Both the position numbers and the translations under genes were made by a program. The notes beneath the pieces are model-generated. The model was not told the DNA's origin. It searched no databases and saw only the letters and a list, made by a program, of their open reading frames with translations. A DNA stretch of 50,786 nt, filler included, from Bipalium vagum (taxonomy: Eukaryota): the NCBI GenBank assembly GCA_037834085.1. It is 3 parts of 3 records of this genome, joined end to end, with 100 filler letters (N's around TTAATTAATTAA, not from the genome) between each part and the next. Parts side by side here need not be neighbours in the genome. Positions count along the whole stretch, not along the records: positions 34,801 to 50,786 come from JBBMKC010134449.1; 2 more parts are not named here. The stretch is one strand, 5' to 3'. Below are positions 48,880 to 50,786 of the stretch, one piece after another. Every line of letters starts with the position of its first letter. Positions within the stretch are counted from its first letter, which is position 1.

Positions 48880-49660
48880 TTTTCAATTTTCAACATCGAA
48901 AAAATATTTGAAAGATGTTCCCGAAGTCGAATAAGAAAAATACTTAAAATTGATAATACCGTCTTTTTATTCAAAGCGGTGTAGCGATTAATGTTGTCGC
49001 TAATTTAAAGTGTCCTTTTTTTGTGAAATTTGGCTGAATATGTACCATTTGATGCTTTGAGTAATTACAGCTTGGACTGAATTTTAGTTTAAGAATTTTG
49101 AAGGAAAAATCACATCTCCAGTTACCAGTCTTCTTCGATGGAAATATTTATGGCCATTGTAAAATCAATTGATAGATTGAATTGAATGGTGTAACCTCAG
49201 CATCCAATGATCTTGTGAAACATCAAGAAGAAAGGTTAACAAATTTCAAGCAATTTGTTACATTTGATCTGAGACAGATTCAAAGGAGAGATATTTGTTA
49301 ATGGTCCTCAATTTAATGGTCATCTGTAAGATTCTCTTGACGTTTCCAAAATTAATTAGTTAATTTCTAATGATTATTCTTTGTAGTTCCATCCTTGTAT
49401 ACTTTCTGAAGTGGTTCAACGAATTTCGTCGTTTCATTTAAAATTTTAAAATCACATGACTTTCAAATATCGCATTTGCCATTTTTTGAAAGGATTCATT
49501 TAAACACTTAATTATTAATTCTGATTACTAATCACTGATTAGTGCAATTGATTTTAATAAAATTTGGACCAAACCTAGTTTCATAAATAAAAAAAAATAT
49601 TTTTAATACCATTCTTTCATTTGTGGAAATGCATCAATCATTTGAGGAACTTTTTGATTT
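48880..49660 (-). mobile_element. Decayed mariner
   Basis: Minus strand LQKVYKDG and RRLVTGDV, with many lesions. Confidence 0.5.
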
Positions 49661-50341
49661 TTATTATTTGAATACAGGTAAAAAATCAAATGAAAAGAAA
49701 TTCTAAGCTTCAGTCTTGGTTGTTAAAACTCCAATAAAAGGAAAATGAGAATGAATTTAGTTTTGTCGCAAAATCCACCTCGGAAAACTGATAATGAGAA
49801 ATGATTTTAATACAGTTTTATTTATCTCTAATTGACAGATTTCTTTAAAACTAAACAGTCATCGGCTCTCTATCTCTCTCTCTCGCAAAAAGAGATTTTG
49901 ATTTTGAAAAAAAGTTATTATTTTATTTTTTTAAAAAAGAAACGTTGTGATATTTCTGGAAATATAATCTCCTTACATGAACGATAACATGGCTTTACTG
50001 AGAAGTTGCAAAAATCGGTTTGAAAACTCCGGGGATTTCCTTTCTTCAATTTGATTTATGGTGAATGAAGAAGAGAAAGGAAAAAAAGAGAATTTTATCC
50101 TTCGGTCATCAAATTCTAATTAAAATTTATATATTCATCAGTTAATTGATGGATGATTTTTCGAACAATTTAATTTAAAAAAAAACGTTCAACGATTTCG
50201 GCAAAATAATTTCATTATGGAAAATTGAAAATAAAATAATAAAATTATTATGGGTACTTATTATTTAATATTTTTCTGATTTTTCTTAACCTATCAAATA
50301 TCATTTGGGATTAATTGGTTTTTATATTTATTTGGCTAAAT

Positions 50342-50397
50342 AATAATAAAATAAAATAATATAATATAATATAATATAAAATAATATAAAATAATAT
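50342..50397. repeat. (AATAW)n pentanucleotide low-complexity repeat
   Basis: Tandem AATAT/AATAA units. Confidence 0.8.
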
Positions 50398-50477
50398 TGT
50401 TAGTTACAGTCACGTTATCACGTTTTTAACATTTTTATTTAAAGAAAATAATTGTATAGTTTTAATATTATTTATTT

Positions 50478-50786
50478 TCCCTGATGATACGGACTCGAGA
50501 CATATAGTTTTATATTCATTGAGTCAAGCAAATTTCTGAAGCTTCTGGATTCAAAAGTCTTGCCACTGTCTACATGAACTTCTTTAGGTGCTCCGAATCT
50601 CAGAATCCATTTTTCCATTATCACTTTTTTAATAGTCTCTTCATCCTATTTACTGATTGCAGTCAAACTTACATATCGACTATATTGATCTATTATTCCG
50701 CATATATATTTTCTCGAAATGGTCCACATATATCAATATAAATTTTTTCAAATGGACATTCTGCACATAACATGATTGTAGCCTCT
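50478..50786 (-). mobile_element. Ty3/gypsy integrase core fragment (runs off the window)
   Basis: IDICGPF, GIIDQYSRY, WILRFGAPKEVHVDSGKTFES, SSPYHQ, with one internal stop. Confidence 0.85.

Noticed and set aside
1-50786. CRISPR arrays, prokaryotic operons, tRNA/rRNA genes, intact transposases
   Set aside because: None seen by eye. The DNA is eukaryotic with spliceosomal introns, and every transposase examined has stops, frameshifts or deletions.

Overview
Very AT-rich eukaryotic DNA, most likely from a fast-evolving animal (class B GPCR, claudin-superfamily gene and neprilysin are present). The species cannot be identified from the sequence alone. The window is not one locus: two artificial 100-nt linkers (N44-TTAATTAATTAA-N44 at 18361-18460 and 34701-34800) join at least three contigs, and there is an N-gap at 20046-20223. 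Host genes reconstructed by hand with GT-AG introns: UTP23 (2 exons), a very divergent secretin-family GPCR (proposed 4 exons, 3203-8872, minus), SAR1 (2 exons), exon 1 of a claudin/PMP22-like gene, the last four exons of an M13 neprilysin/ECE peptidase, exon 1 of DEGS1, an orphan Ser/Thr-rich gene and an intronless ChaC. Most other recognisable sequence is decayed IS630-Tc1-mariner elements (DD34E, DD34D, DD37E, DD41D-like, a MITE), two Ty3/gypsy pol relics and probable solo LTRs, some nested three deep. Best leads: a mariner whose TIR-like sequence coincides with the splice acceptor of its own transposase exon; intron-like segments at the 5' end of several mariners; a U5 snRNA-like structured element; a predicted 22-nt micro-intron in the GPCR; bimodal intron sizes (41-69 nt versus about 4 kb TE-filled); and a dispersed LTR-like repeat with conserved splice signals. 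All of these are unverified manual readings. I see no clear-cut novel multi-gene system.
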